The position numbers were made by a program, and so were the translations under genes. Of a stretch of 64,000 bases of DNA, positions 1-12,184 are shown one piece after another. Numbering within the stretch: the stretch's first letter is position 1; each line of letters opens with the position of its first letter. Origin of the DNA: Raja brachyura (taxonomy: Eukaryota); contig OY740787.1 in the NCBI GenBank assembly GCA_963514005.1, forward strand, positions 42,594,001-42,658,000, written 5' to 3'. The notes under the pieces are model-generated. The model was not told where the DNA came from and did not search any database. It saw only the letters and a program-made list of their open reading frames with translations.

Positions 1-931
1 ACCACTTTTAGGATGGGTGCAGTTTCCAAAATGTGGCAGCTTGCTATCCTGCCATGTCCCATTGCAGGCAATAGATTAGACTGCGAAAAGCAACAGGTTC
101 ACGTACCTGTTATAAATTGTCTACTCACGCAGGGAAATAATCCAAATGCTGAGGAAAATCGCCTATTTTGCTTTCTGCTGGAAATCTACAGAATCTGGCA
201 CTATGTCAAAATTAGTCGAGTACAATTGAGACCATGAATGCTAATGAAATGTGATATTGGTGGGGGTGGGGGGGCTCTACCATTGATCAGTCTGGTCTTG
301 GTGTCACCCACGTTTTGCATAGATATCTGTTATGTAGCACAATCCAGGCTGGATTACCTAACTTCACTTTGGAGATGCCAATGAAACATCCTTCAGTGGT
401 GCACCAGTAGCTGAGTAATCTCTTCCCGTATCTTAACCTTTGTAATCCTGATGGATATGGGAAATCAGTTCATCACTGTTGCTTGTGGTTAGACTTCTTC
501 CATCCACCATTCAATGCTGATTTGTGACTTGGTTGCTGGGTTGGTCTGACCATATTGTATTGATTTCACAACCTTGTCATCCCTTCTGTGAGAAGTTGTG
601 ATGCTAATGGGGGAAGAGGTTGGAGTGAGATTGGAGGTAATGCAGTGGGCATGAAGATAATTGTGACTAATCCCTGTAGGACAGTGCTTGTTCAAACCTC
701 CCTGTCACTACTCACCAGGTTTCCAAAGTCTCCTTAGAAACACCCTGCTCTACTTGACACTTGGTCAGGTACATAGGTAGGAAAGGTTTAGAGACATGGG
801 CCAAATATGAGCAAGTGGGGTTAGATGGGATTAGATGGGGTTTCTTGGTCAGGGTTGGGCTAAAGGCCTGTTTCCGTGCTGTACGATTCCATGACTCTAA
901 GTTGTCCATTTGTACATTTCTGTAAAATAAT

Positions 932-1278
932 GTGGTACACTGGCACAGCTGGTAGCAGCACTGCCTCACAGCATCAGAGATCCAGGTTTGATTATAACCT
1001 CGGATGATGTCTGTGTGATGTTTGCAGGTTCTCCCTATAACCGCACAGCTTTCCCCCGGATGTTATACGACAAAGGAAGTCTTACTGACCAACTGGTTGT
1101 TGATTGGTCACTGGTAATTGATCCAAGTGTGCAGGCGAGTGTTAGAATCCAGGGAGAATTACTGGAAATATGGAAAGAATTAAGAGATTTAGAGCAGGAT
1201 TAGTATAAATGGGTGCTTGAAGGTTAACATGGACGGTGGGCTGAAGGGCCTGTTTCAGTGCTGTTTCGTTAAATGACT
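932..1278 (+). mobile_element. HE1-type (V-domain) tRNA-derived SINE, diverged
   Basis: tRNA-like head (TGGCACAGCTGGTAG...GGTTTGATT), V-SINE-like core and CR1-derived tail GGGCTGAAGGGCCTGTTTC. Confidence 0.7.
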
Positions 1279-2484
1279 CGATTGAAGTAGTACATTTCTC
1301 CTATGATGTAATATCAAAACAATCATATTTAGTTATGATTGCAAATTCTCTGGATGGTATATAAAATTAATCACAAAATTGTGTGCATTCACAGAGGTAA
1401 CAGTAAAAGCAGGTGAATTAACAACACTGGCGCAGAAGAAAAGATGCATGTCAGATGCAAAGATTAAAATTTAAGACACATTTCCAAGTATAGGAAAGTG
1501 CGACATGTCATCGGAGTGACATTATATTCTGACAGTCAATCAGAATAAACATTTTTATACTTTTCATTCTTATTTAAAAATAACTTTTTCGCATTTATAC
1601 CAAAAGGCCACCCATTGTTTCCCTGATGAAATTGTATTAAATTCCCATTCAGACCCATCTAAACAGTCTTCAGCCTACTTTATAAAAAATACTAAAGCAC
1701 CTTTCTATGAAAAGCTAAATTAATCCAGTTTAACATGGAACCTGAATTTAGGAGCATAAATGCTGTTGTGTTAATGAGGTGTTTTTACTTCTTTGCTGGT
1801 CTCACTGATAAGCCCAGGATGTATTGCCCATCCCTAATTACTCTTGAGAGGTGTTGGCGAGCTGCCTTCTTGACCCTCTGCCGTACATCTGGTGGGGTGA
1901 ATCCCACAGTGTTGTTGGGCAGGGAGTTCCACAATTTGGATGCATCGATAACAAAGGAAGAGCAGAATATTTCCAAGTCAGAATGGTGCTCTACTCATAG
2001 TGGAGCAAATGGCTGCGCTTCCTTATGCCAGAAGCCCTTGTCCATGGTGGCTGTGGGCTTGGAAGGTGTCAGAATAGCCTAGGCAAATAGCCTTTTGTAG
2101 GTGCTACTTCCTGCAAGCCCTGTACACCTGGAGGGGTGGGAGGGGGGGGGGGGTGGAGGGGAGAATGAGTAGGTAGCTGGATGGTGTCAAAGCTTCTTAA
2201 ATCTTGTGGGAGTTGCAGTCATCCAGACAGGTATTCCATCATGTTCCCGGCGAGCTTCTGTACGGGTTAGCACAGTAACTTGGAAAAATCAGTGATATGG
2301 GATGCTGCAGTTGCCAGCTTCTCAGTGTTTGAAAGTGTCCAAAACAATAAGGCAGCCTGGACAACAAAATCATGTAGGGTTTACAATTGTCTCCAATGCA
2401 TCCGAATTCTGCTAAATCTACATTATACTTCTGAGAATATTTTGAGTATTTACTTGAATAGATTATGGGGAGAACCAGGTCCTA

Positions 2485-2745
2485 GAATTACATAGCATGG
2501 AAATAGGCCCTTTGGCCCACCGAGTCCATGCCAGCTATGAGGAACCTATTCCCACGAATCCCACAGTAATCCCATTTTATTCTCCCCAAATTCTCATCAA
2601 CAGATAGCAGTGGCCAACCTGCATGTCGGTATGAGAAAAAAAACAGAGCACCCAAGAGAAACACGTGCAGTAAAATGGAGAATACACACACCACGTAGAC
2701 AGCTCCAAAGGTCAGGATTGACACTGTGCTATGAGGCATTGGTCC
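2485..2745 (-). mobile_element. HE1-type SINE, diverged
   Basis: Reverse complement of the tail (GGAAATAGGCCCTTTGGCCC) and of the head (GCTATGAGGCA). Confidence 0.6.
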
Positions 2746-2859
2746 CACTTATGTATTTAAAATCCTCTTGATAAAGTACTAAGAGGCTGGTGTGGGTACA
2801 TTGGGCCAAAGGGCCTGTTTCCACACTGTATCACTCTGGCTAATGCACCATCAAGTTAA

Positions 2860-3675
2860 CGGATATGGTCTTGGGGTCATACATGGCATGGATTGAAAAT
2901 TGGTCGACAGACAGGAAGCTGAGTGGGAATGAATGGGTCTTTATCAAGGTGGCAGGTGGTGAGTATGAGGTTATCCAGGGATCAGAGCTCCTGACCTAAC
3001 CATTCACAATGTATGTCAATGATTTGATTGAGGGAACAAAATGTAAATTTGCTGTCAGCACAAAACTGAGTGGGAGTTGTGAGGAAAATGCAGAGGATTC
3101 AAGACGGATTGAGTAAATGTACAAATATATGGCAGATCCACCTGTTTTGTAAATGAGGGTAGAGAGGAAAATGTGAATGCACAAAGATGTACAAAGGTGT
3201 CCTGGTACGCGAGTTACTGAAAGCAAATGTGTCAGGTGCAGCAAGCAGTTCAGAAAGCAAAGGGCATTTTGGCAGTTATTGCAAATAGATATGAGTGCAG
3301 GAGCAAGGACATCTCACAGGACCTTAGTGGGACCACATGTGGAGAATTGTATGCAGTTTTGGTCTCTTTACCTTTGAAGTGTCTAGACAAGCACTTAAAA
3401 TCAAAGGATCTTTGCTTAAAATCCCATGGCATTTATACTGAGTTGCGGAGACATTTCTTAATTCGGATGAACCTATAAAATTCAGTACCACAGAGGGCAG
3501 TAGAGTCCAAGTTGCTGAATATGTTTAAGGAAAAAATAAATAGGTAGATGCAAAAGTAATCAATAGCTAAAGGGAGAGTAGGTATATGGCATTGAGATGG
3601 AGAATCAGCCACAATGGCAGTGAATGACAAAGTACATTTAAGGGACAAAATGGCCCGTCTCCTATTTTCCTGATT
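2860..3675 (+). mobile_element. Old CR1/HER1 LINE 3' fragment
   Basis: Degenerate RT C-terminus (AVQKAKGILAVI; LVGPHVENCMQFWS) and CR1 3' region. Confidence 0.75.
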
Positions 3676-4572
3676 CTTCCTAAGGTACAGTGCCCAGGCT
3701 ATTTACAGTATCCCCATTTGGTCCAAGTACAGGTGCAGCATAATTTTGTGTCCTTGTCCTCCAATCGTCTGGATGTAGAAGCCAGAATTGCATGAGAGTT
3801 TTGATTACCTGGTATGTTCTTTGCCACCCCATGACCTTGTGCTGATCCACTGCATGGTCTCCCCTCCCCGTGTCTGTTTGGACCGTCACCTTTTCGATAC
3901 CAGATTTCTTCTAGTTTATCACAATTTAGGAAATATCTTATCCTTTTCAAATCATTATGGCGACCACATATCTCATATGTTTAATTTGCACAATCTTTGT
4001 AACTTAATGAGTTCCTCGACATAGTTTAGACTTTTTGAGATAGTCTTTATAATTTAGTATTTTGTTTTGTTCTATATTCAACCCAACTCTACTTCTGGTA
4101 CTGATCAGGTAATTCTGCAACCTTAGGGATTATTTTTGGATACATAGCATCGTGGTTAAACTGACAATTGATCCAGATGTACGTGTTTTGCTTCTACATG
4201 TATATAATTTGTTTTAAATGAAACATCTTGCTCGCTGATGTCCTCCAGTTAGAGAAAGTAGTCATCTTCAGCTTATCTTTACCCACCAATGTGTTGATAC
4301 TGATCAGCCAAACAATCTGGCCTGCTCAGCCCCTTGATCAGGCAATAAATCCCGGCTTTGCATCAACATCCAAGTCTCTGGCACGATCTGATCAAGCCTC
4401 TTGTTTAGTTTTAAAATAAGACTGATCCAGTTGATAGTCTCTGGTACATTTGCTTGCATTGTGGAGGCCAGTCTCTTTCTTGTCATTGTTTTGCTCATTT
4501 GAACTCTACATTTGGGTAATCAATCACTGCTACTGTTCGGTCGGTTTGGCTCCTCAACAGAGGTTGGGTTAA

Positions 4573-5255
4573 GGGCCTGTCCCACTTACGCGTCCTTGGC
4601 TCGCAAATTACGCGACCTCGTGGTCGCTTGAGGCCTACGGGCACCGTGTGGCTGCGCGGGGCCGGTCCCACTTTGAAGGGCGGAGGAGTATGGAGTTGTG
4701 CGGCGCCAGTCCCGACATCCAAAATTCTTGCAGTGAACGAAATCTTCGCCCGCCAACGGCCTGTCGCGGAACTGACGGCCAAAGTGGGACAGGCCCAAGA
4801 CCCTGGCGTGACGCAATGTCTCACCTTCAACAGCAGCAGAAGCAGGCAAACGATCGCCGAACTCGGCCTGGGGCTCACGGCCATTGCGGTCCGGATCCGC
4901 CCCCACTTCTACTCCCAGAGCGGAGCCAAGAAAATTGAAGATAGACACAAAATGCAGGAGTAACTCAGCGGCACCGGCAGCATCTCTGGGGAGACACGAT
5001 GGGTAACGTTTCGGGTCAAGACCCATCTTTTCAGACTGAAGAAGTGTCTCGACATGAAACGTCACCCATTCCTTCTCTCCAGAGATGCTGCTGGTCCCGC
5101 TGAGTTACTCCAGCTTCGTGTCCATCTTCAAATGACGTCACGCGCTCCAGACGGCTGTGTGTACGCATGTAATCGCGCCCGACCTTCGCTCGACCGTCTC
5201 CGCTCAACGCGACCACGAGGTCGCGTAATTTGCGTGCCAAGGACACGTAAGGCCC
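4573..5255. mobile_element. CpG-rich non-autonomous DNA transposon (MITE) with about 60-bp TIRs starting GGGCCTGTCCCACTT, flanked by TTAA
   Basis: Left end GGGCCTGTCCCACTTACGCGTCCTTGGCTCGCAAATTACGCGACCTCGTGGTCGC. The right end is its reverse complement with an 8-bp deletion. TTAA at 4569-4572 and 5256-5259. Superfamily uncertain (Harbinger-like ends, TTAA-like flanks). Confidence 0.8.
4936..5130. mobile_element. Fold-back (palindromic) pair of PLE-derived mini-elements nested in the MITE
   Basis: GAAGATAGACAC...GTTTCGGGTC...TTCAGA | CTGAAGAAG...GAAACGTCACCC...GTGTCCATCTTC. The two arms are reverse complements. Confidence 0.8.
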
Positions 5256-5302
5256 TTAAGGATTGGCCAGGACTACTCGGCTCACCTCGTTAGCACCTCG
5301 TT

Positions 5303-5765
5303 ACAAGGTTAATTCCCGGGATGGCGGGACTGTCATATTCTGAGAGAATGGAGCAGCTGGGCTTGTACACTCTGGAGTTTAGAAGGATGAGAGGGTATCT
5401 CATTGATGCATATAAGATTGTTAAGGGCTTGGACACGCTAGAGGCAGAAAACATGTTCCCGATGTTGGGGGAGTCCAGAATCAGGGGCCTCTGTTTTTTA
5501 AGAATAGGGAGTAAGCCATTTAGAATAGAGACGAGGAAACACTTTTTCTCACAGAGAGTAGTGAGTCTGTGGAATTCTCTGCCTCAGAGGGCGGTGGAGG
5601 TGAGAGCTAGATAGGGCTCTTAAAAATAGCAGAGTCAGGGGATATGAGGAGAAGGCAGGAACGGGGTACTGATTGGGGATGATCAGCCATGATCACATTG
5701 AATGGCGGTGCTGGCTTGAAGGGCCGAATGGCCTACACCTGCACCTATTGTCCATTGTCTATTGT
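5303..5765 (+). mobile_element. CR1/HER1 LINE 3' end, relatively young
   Basis: ORF 5321-5614 (GLSYSERMEQLGLYTLEFRRMRG...FFSQRVVSLWNSLPQ) and tail repeats (TATTGTC). Confidence 0.9.
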
Positions 5766-5974
5766 CAATCAAAGAGCAGAAGTCTGGAGTTGAGCTGGAT
5801 GACTGCACTTGATCTAGTGTGGCAGCAAGGAGCCTTGGCAGAGCTGCAGTCCATGGGCATCAAAGGGAAAAGTCTTCACTGATTGTAGTCATACCATGCA
5901 CTGGGGGAAATGCATGCAGCTGTTGGAGGCCAGTCATGCCTATCCCAGAACATCACCACAGGAATTGTTCAATT

Positions 5975-6280
5975 CAGTAGAGCTTGTAGAGCCACTGCTT
6001 CACAGTGCCAGACACCCAGTTTCAATCCTGAACTTGCAGGTGCTCCTTGTGACCACAAGTGTTCCAGTCTCCTCCCACATCACAAAAACATGCAGGTTGA
6101 TAATTGGCTCAATTGGCTACTGTAAATGGCTAGTAGTGAGTAGTGAATGGTGGGGGGGGAGTTGATAAGGATGTGGGAGAATAAAAAATGGAACTAATAA
6201 GGAATTAATAAGGACAATTGTAATTAGACATTTGATGTGGACTCAGTGGGCCAAAGATTCTGTTTCCAGATCTGTCTCTC
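5975..6280 (+). mobile_element. HE1-type SINE, diverged
   Basis: GTAGAGCCACTGCTTCACAG head, CTCCCACATC core, GGGCCAAAG...TGTTTCC tail. Confidence 0.6.
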
Positions 6281-7591
6281 GGAAATATGTTACCAGTCTT
6301 TCATTATCTCTAGGTCCAACTCTGGAAATCCATTTTCAACAGCTGTGTGGAACCATTTTCACCAAAGGAAATGCAGCAGTGCAAGAAGGCAGCTCACTAC
6401 TACCTTCTGAGGGACAGTTAGGAATGGGCATTAAACACCGGCCTTTCCAAAACTAAGGCCTAGAAATGAATTTAAACTGTCTTGTTGGATTTCTGTTCAT
6501 CTGTCTTTATGTCTTTTCTATTTCCTTTCCTCGGTTTGACCTCTTTGACCTTGAAAATTAGAAAAACTGGCGTCATTCTCTTGAGAGAAGGTTATGGTAA
6601 AATGATGAACTCTTTTGGAAAAGAGAAAGACAATGGCTTTATTAGCAGCATCAGTTAACAAAACTATGAAAGCACAAGTTTAAGATAATTGGCAAAAACA
6701 AATCGGAGATAAAAGAATATTTCTTGACACAGAGATTAGTTTGGAAATTACTTCCAGAAACCGTGGTAGAAGCAGATTCCATAACAACTTTTAGACAATG
6801 TGTTAAATGCTTGAAAAGAAGAACATTGTCAGGAGTCAGAGACAGGATCCAATCCTGGCTGTAAATGGTTCTTCACTGGCCCTGAAGTCAGAAAGAGAGA
6901 AAAGGTGATATTTTGGATTGTCTTGTTTAATTTCTTTGGTCATGATAGTTGAACTCAATTGAATAAAAATTGGAATAAAGGCAGAAAATTGTGGAAACAG
7001 ATGAATTCTTTAGAGAGAAAGAGTTGACGTCAGGTTGGTTTGGATACAAACTGTAATCGTAACTGCTTCACTCTCTACGGTTACCTCCTGAGGTACTAAG
7101 TTTTTCTAACACTTTCTGCTTTACAACGTCCACTTTAAATTGTCCTATTTTAATTTACCTAACTGTCAACTATTGTACGTTATTACTATGCTAGATATAA
7201 TATTTCTAAGAACATCTTTGTGTTCAATAAAATAACTGTCACAATTTTTGATTTATTTCTTAAGTTCATATCTTGATATAGTTGTGACTGCACGATTTAG
7301 CTCAGTCTTGCTGGTAACACGTGGGGAGATTGGCTGAAAAGTTACAACAAACTAAAATTTATTGCTTGAACACAGCCTCTATTTAAGTCTTGTCTTGTCA
7401 AAACCAAGGGCCCTGAGTTTGAGAGGCAGAAGTGGAGCAATGGAGTGCGCTCGCTCCTGCTCACAGCGTGAGGTTGAGCAAGACTCCCTCCCCCCTGCTA
7501 GTCACCTACTTTCTTACTGTACTTTTGACACCTCTCTCTCTCTCTCTTTCTCTCTCCATTTTGTCTCTCTCCCTCTGCTCCCTGGACGCAG

Positions 7592-7675
7592 CCAAGCGTA
7601 AAGCCTGGAAACTAAACCGTGTAGGTAGCTTGCGAAATATATACAGCAGCAGCAGCACAAGCACCAACACAGAAG
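7592..7675 (+). CDS. AGAP1: AGAP1 alternative (cassette) exon, 84 nt, phase 1-1, inside the split PH domain: (A)KRKAWKLNRVGSLRNIYSSSSTSTNTE
   Basis: Long CT-rich tract, then gcag|CC acceptor and GAAG|gtaatg donor. It splices in frame to 11473. The peptide resembles the AGAP2/PIKE segment AKRKMWKLKSFGSLRNIY that precedes EENFEF (recalled from family knowledge). Confidence 0.85.
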
Positions 7676-9329
7676 GTAATGAATTCAAGGGGAACACAAA
7701 CTTAATACCGACCAGCTTACTGAAAGCTTGGTTGGAATATAACTTGCCCACTTGCGTGGACTTTGATTTTGTTTATATTTCTTTTTTAAGCTTTATTTAA
7801 CTGCTCCATTTAAGTCATACATGTTCCTTTTTTCTTTACTTAAATTTTGACCTTTCCCTCCAGCTGTAGAATAGTGATGCTGAAATTACTTCAAGAAACC
7901 CTTTCCCATTCTCCCTACCCCACCCCCAACCCCGACTTCTGCACATGTTGGTATTCAATGTAATATTTTCCAAGTTATTGCAGTTTAAGGTGCAAGTAGC
8001 AGGTGTAATGATCTGTAGCAAAATACAATCGTGTGCTGTGACATTTAAGTACAGTATTTAATTTGTTTTGCGAAACATTGCCTGTAATGCTCTTTGTGGT
8101 TAAGCTCCAATCCAGAGCTTGGTGCATGCTAGGTCATTTGCATGTGCGAATGCTTTATAGTCTATGCCTGTTATTCCGTGCCGCTGAAGGTCAGCTGAGT
8201 CAAAGTTCATAAATTGACTTGAAATGCTTTCAGCGAAGGTAGCAATCACACGTTTGTTTAATAGAAGATTGAATTTTCCATTTGTACACGAAAATTATAA
8301 ATTAGGTTGTTTTTTCTCCTTATACAAAATGTCAGGAGGTCAATTTATTCAACTGCCCGAAATCCATTTCAAAGCTCGAACATGTAGTCCTGGAATCATG
8401 CATAGTATACACAATGCAAAGCTGGTCACATTCCAGTAAGTCAGCTGTAATGGGTAATGTTGTCACTTTAAATGGAACACAACTGGATCAGATAATCATA
8501 AGCCCATGCCCTCTTAAGGGTTCTTCTGCAGTAGATTTAATTTAATAATTTTCCGATGGTCATTAGATTTCCTTGGAATTTCTGATGTTCGGATGCAAAA
8601 CTCCACCACATTGAACAGAGCCTGAGGCCCACAGTGTGTCGTTTCGTGTAAACCTGCATTTCAAAGTGAGGATTTTGTTGCTTTATCAATAATTGATTCA
8701 GGCTGGCTTTATAATATATATATAATATTATACAGTATAATATTTTATCAATTGGCATATGAATAAATGATTGAATCTGTACTGTAAACTGTGGAGTTGG
8801 CAGCAAGTGACTGAGCTTCCATTGTAACTGTGCGATTTCAAAGGCCAGCGTTTGCTCACAGTCCTTTGCTCAAAAAAATGTTATGTATTCCAAATGGTTT
8901 GATAATTCCTGCATCAATAATTTCTGTAACATTTGGGCAGAAACATTTCACAGCTCTGACATTCAACAACACTATATTGTGTCCCTTATATCCTGAATGT
9001 ATACCTGTTGCTTTCTCTAATTATCCAAAGCACTGCCCTCTGGTATGTGCCCACACCTCTGTGAGTGCGGACAGAATTTAACAGCATAGAGATAGGCTTT
9101 TGGCAGACGTTGGTGCTTTCCCAGCCACGCTACTTAGTCCATCACTACTACCATCGCTTGCTGTATTTTTCTCCCTCCTACCCAGATGTCTTCTCCGCAC
9201 TATTCACTTGAACCACTCAGTAGGTGGTTCATTCTCACTACTCCCTGAATTGAGCAGTTCCTCCTGAGGGTCCTTGTAGATTTATTAGCAACTATGCCCC
9301 TTTGCTTTGTTCTACCATCGCAGTGAAAT

Positions 9330-10615
9330 ATTGATAATTGAACAGTATAGCACAGGAATAGGCCCATTGATCACACATGTCGGTGCTGAACGATGCATTC
9401 TAAACTAATTCCATCTGAATGCGCTTGGCCCATATCCCTCCATTCCCTGCCTGTTCACATGTCTAAATGTCTATGAAACATTACCATCACATCTTCTACC
9501 ACCATCCCAAGTAGTGCGAAACAGGCACCCACCATACTCTGCATAAGACAAACCTGTCTCACAAATCCTGTTTAAACTTTCCATCTCTCACCTTAAAACT
9601 AGTATTTGGCATTTTCACCCTGAAAGAAAGTTTTGACTTTCTATTCCACCCATGCCTCTAATAATTATGCATATTTCTATCAGTTTGCCCTCTCAGCCTT
9701 CAATATTCCACAGATAACAATCCGTTAATTGAGTCATAGAGCACTGAAACAGGCCTTTCGGTCCAACATGACCATGACAGCCAAGATCTCTATCCAAGCT
9801 AGTCCCATTTGTTTGCATTTGCCCTATACCCTCAAAACCTTCTCTATCCATGTACCTGCCCAAATGTATTTTAAAGATTGCAGTTGTTCCCACCTCTACA
9901 GCTTCCTGTGTCAGCAAGTCCCATGTATCCACCACCATGTGTGTGGAAAAGTCCCCCCTTACGACCTTTCATGTTTCTTTCCTCGCATTTTATTCTATGC
10001 CCTCTAGTTTTGGACTTCCGTACCCTTAGAAAAAGACTGTGACTAACCACTTTATCTGTACCTTTCATCCTTTTATAAATCTCCATAACGTTATCTCTCA
10101 ACCTTGCATCAGAGACAAAAGACCTAACTATCTAGCCTTTCCTTAAAACTCAAGCCGTCCAGTCCTAGTAACATCCTTGTCAATCTTATCTGCACCCTTT
10201 CCAGCTTAATGACCTGGGTGACGTGAACCACACACAATACACCAAATGTTGTCTCATCAACAACTTGTACATTTGCAGCACAGTGTCTCAACTCCTGTAC
10301 TAATGCTCTGACTGATGAAGGCATGTATGTCAAATGCCTTTTCTACCATCTATCTGCTTTATTGTCCAACCTTTCATCATAGGTAATGGGCTCTATCCTC
10401 TCTAGCACCCTCTCCACAGCCTCCACATTCAGAACTGCACACAGTGCTCCAAACATGGCCTAACCATAGTTTTATCCAACTGCAACGTGACCTCCAAACT
10501 TTTATACTCAATGATAGACACAAAAAACTGCAGTAACTCAGCGGGACAAGCAGCATCTCTGGAGAGAAGTTTGGGTGACGTTTCGGGTCGAGACCCTTTT
10601 ATACTCAATGCCCTG
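9330..10615 (-). mobile_element. Two tandem old CR1 LINE 3' fragments
   Basis: Minus-strand peptides LERVQIRLTRMLLGLDGLSFKERLD and TMVRPCLEHCVQF; tails CAGGCCTTTCGGTCC. Confidence 0.8.
10514..10595 (-). mobile_element. Solo PLE-derived mini-element with 15-bp TSD, inserted in CR1
   Basis: CTTTTATACTCAATG repeated at 10499-10513 and 10596-10610 around the insert. Confidence 0.85.
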
Positions 10616-11369
10616 ACTGGTGGCTGTGGAAACATACCCACGTGATTGATTCTCATTGGGTCACTACTCAATAATGAAAAGAGCCCCATTTATCATTTAA
10701 ATAGAACTATTTCTTAGTTATACCCTCTCAATTCTGGCAACATGAATGTTTTTTTGCATCATGTCTAATGCCTTCTTAAATATGTTGGACAGAAAGTTAG
10801 AAATTCCCACAGAGCCCAAAATAGAATAGGGAAACTCACTGACCTTCGTTCAATTAACCAAACTTTACTCAATTTTGTTACTTCTCTTTGCAGTGGATGA
10901 TTATCCAGATGCTATGTGACTTTTTTTTTAAATTATAAGCAGGAGTGAATAATCTTTTGATGCCCTTTAATGCTGGCTATCAGGTTGCAAAAAACTTCCT
11001 TTGAAACCAGGCAGCTTTTCAAATCTGTTTTCTGAATGATACCAGTAATTCCTAATTATGCATCTGTTGTCTCTGTTATAGCTGATGAAAAAACAGTGGT
11101 CAATTTTCTCCTACCAGTAATCGCTTCCAAATGTAAACCATTTTCTTTAACCGTTTAACTTCTGTTCTCAAAATAATTGAATACACACACGTTAGACCCG
11201 TCAGCCAGTAAAATTTCAATGGTTACATTTCATTTATAGACTCTAGTCACATTGACAGATATCTTTAACTCTTTGGCTGCTTGTCTCTAACACCCCTTGT
11301 TAATGGACGGCTCCTCAGCATTTCCCTTCTGATCTTCGCATGTTCTGAAGTCACTCATAAGTAAAGTAG

Positions 11370-11660
<291 letters not shown>

Positions 11661-12184
11661 TAGACAAAACATATACCTTATCAGCTTCTTTTTTTTAAAT
11701 GTTTTCTCCGTCTTATCTGTGGTACTGACAACCCATCGTCATAATAGTTGAATAGAATTCCATTATATTAAATGGATAGTCTGCTTGTGGCTGTTTAAAT
11801 TTAAACATCTATGTTTAATCTCTAACAACATGCCATTTGGTGTGGTTGCATCCAATATGGAATGAAGCTCTAATTTGGGAGAGGGAAGTGGGGTGGGGAG
11901 AAGTAAAGCTTTTCTAAGACTTAATAGGAAACTTGTAATGGATCAATGTACAGTAAAAGTTGATGTTAAACTTAGCATTGAAACTGCAGCATAAGAAAAG
12001 CTCAGCTTTCTTTTGTTAACTTTTGGAGCATTAATGATTAACAATCCTGTTAGTGTGGCTCCCATGGTAAATGCTACAAAGATTTTGAATTAGCTTATTA
12101 GGTGCATTAAGGCCAATAGTCATCAGGACTAAAGCAGCCTTGCCTTTCCACAACACTATTCCCATTGTGTACGTCGTTCATGCT

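Noticed and set aside
4495-5293. Cluster of overlapping 70-160 aa ORFs on both strands
   Set aside because: By-product of a GC-rich MITE and a nested palindrome; no recognisable domains or splice context.
7432-7800. 122-aa ORF as a standalone gene
   Set aside because: Only 7592-7675 is exon-like. The LSLSLS part is the translated polypyrimidine tract.
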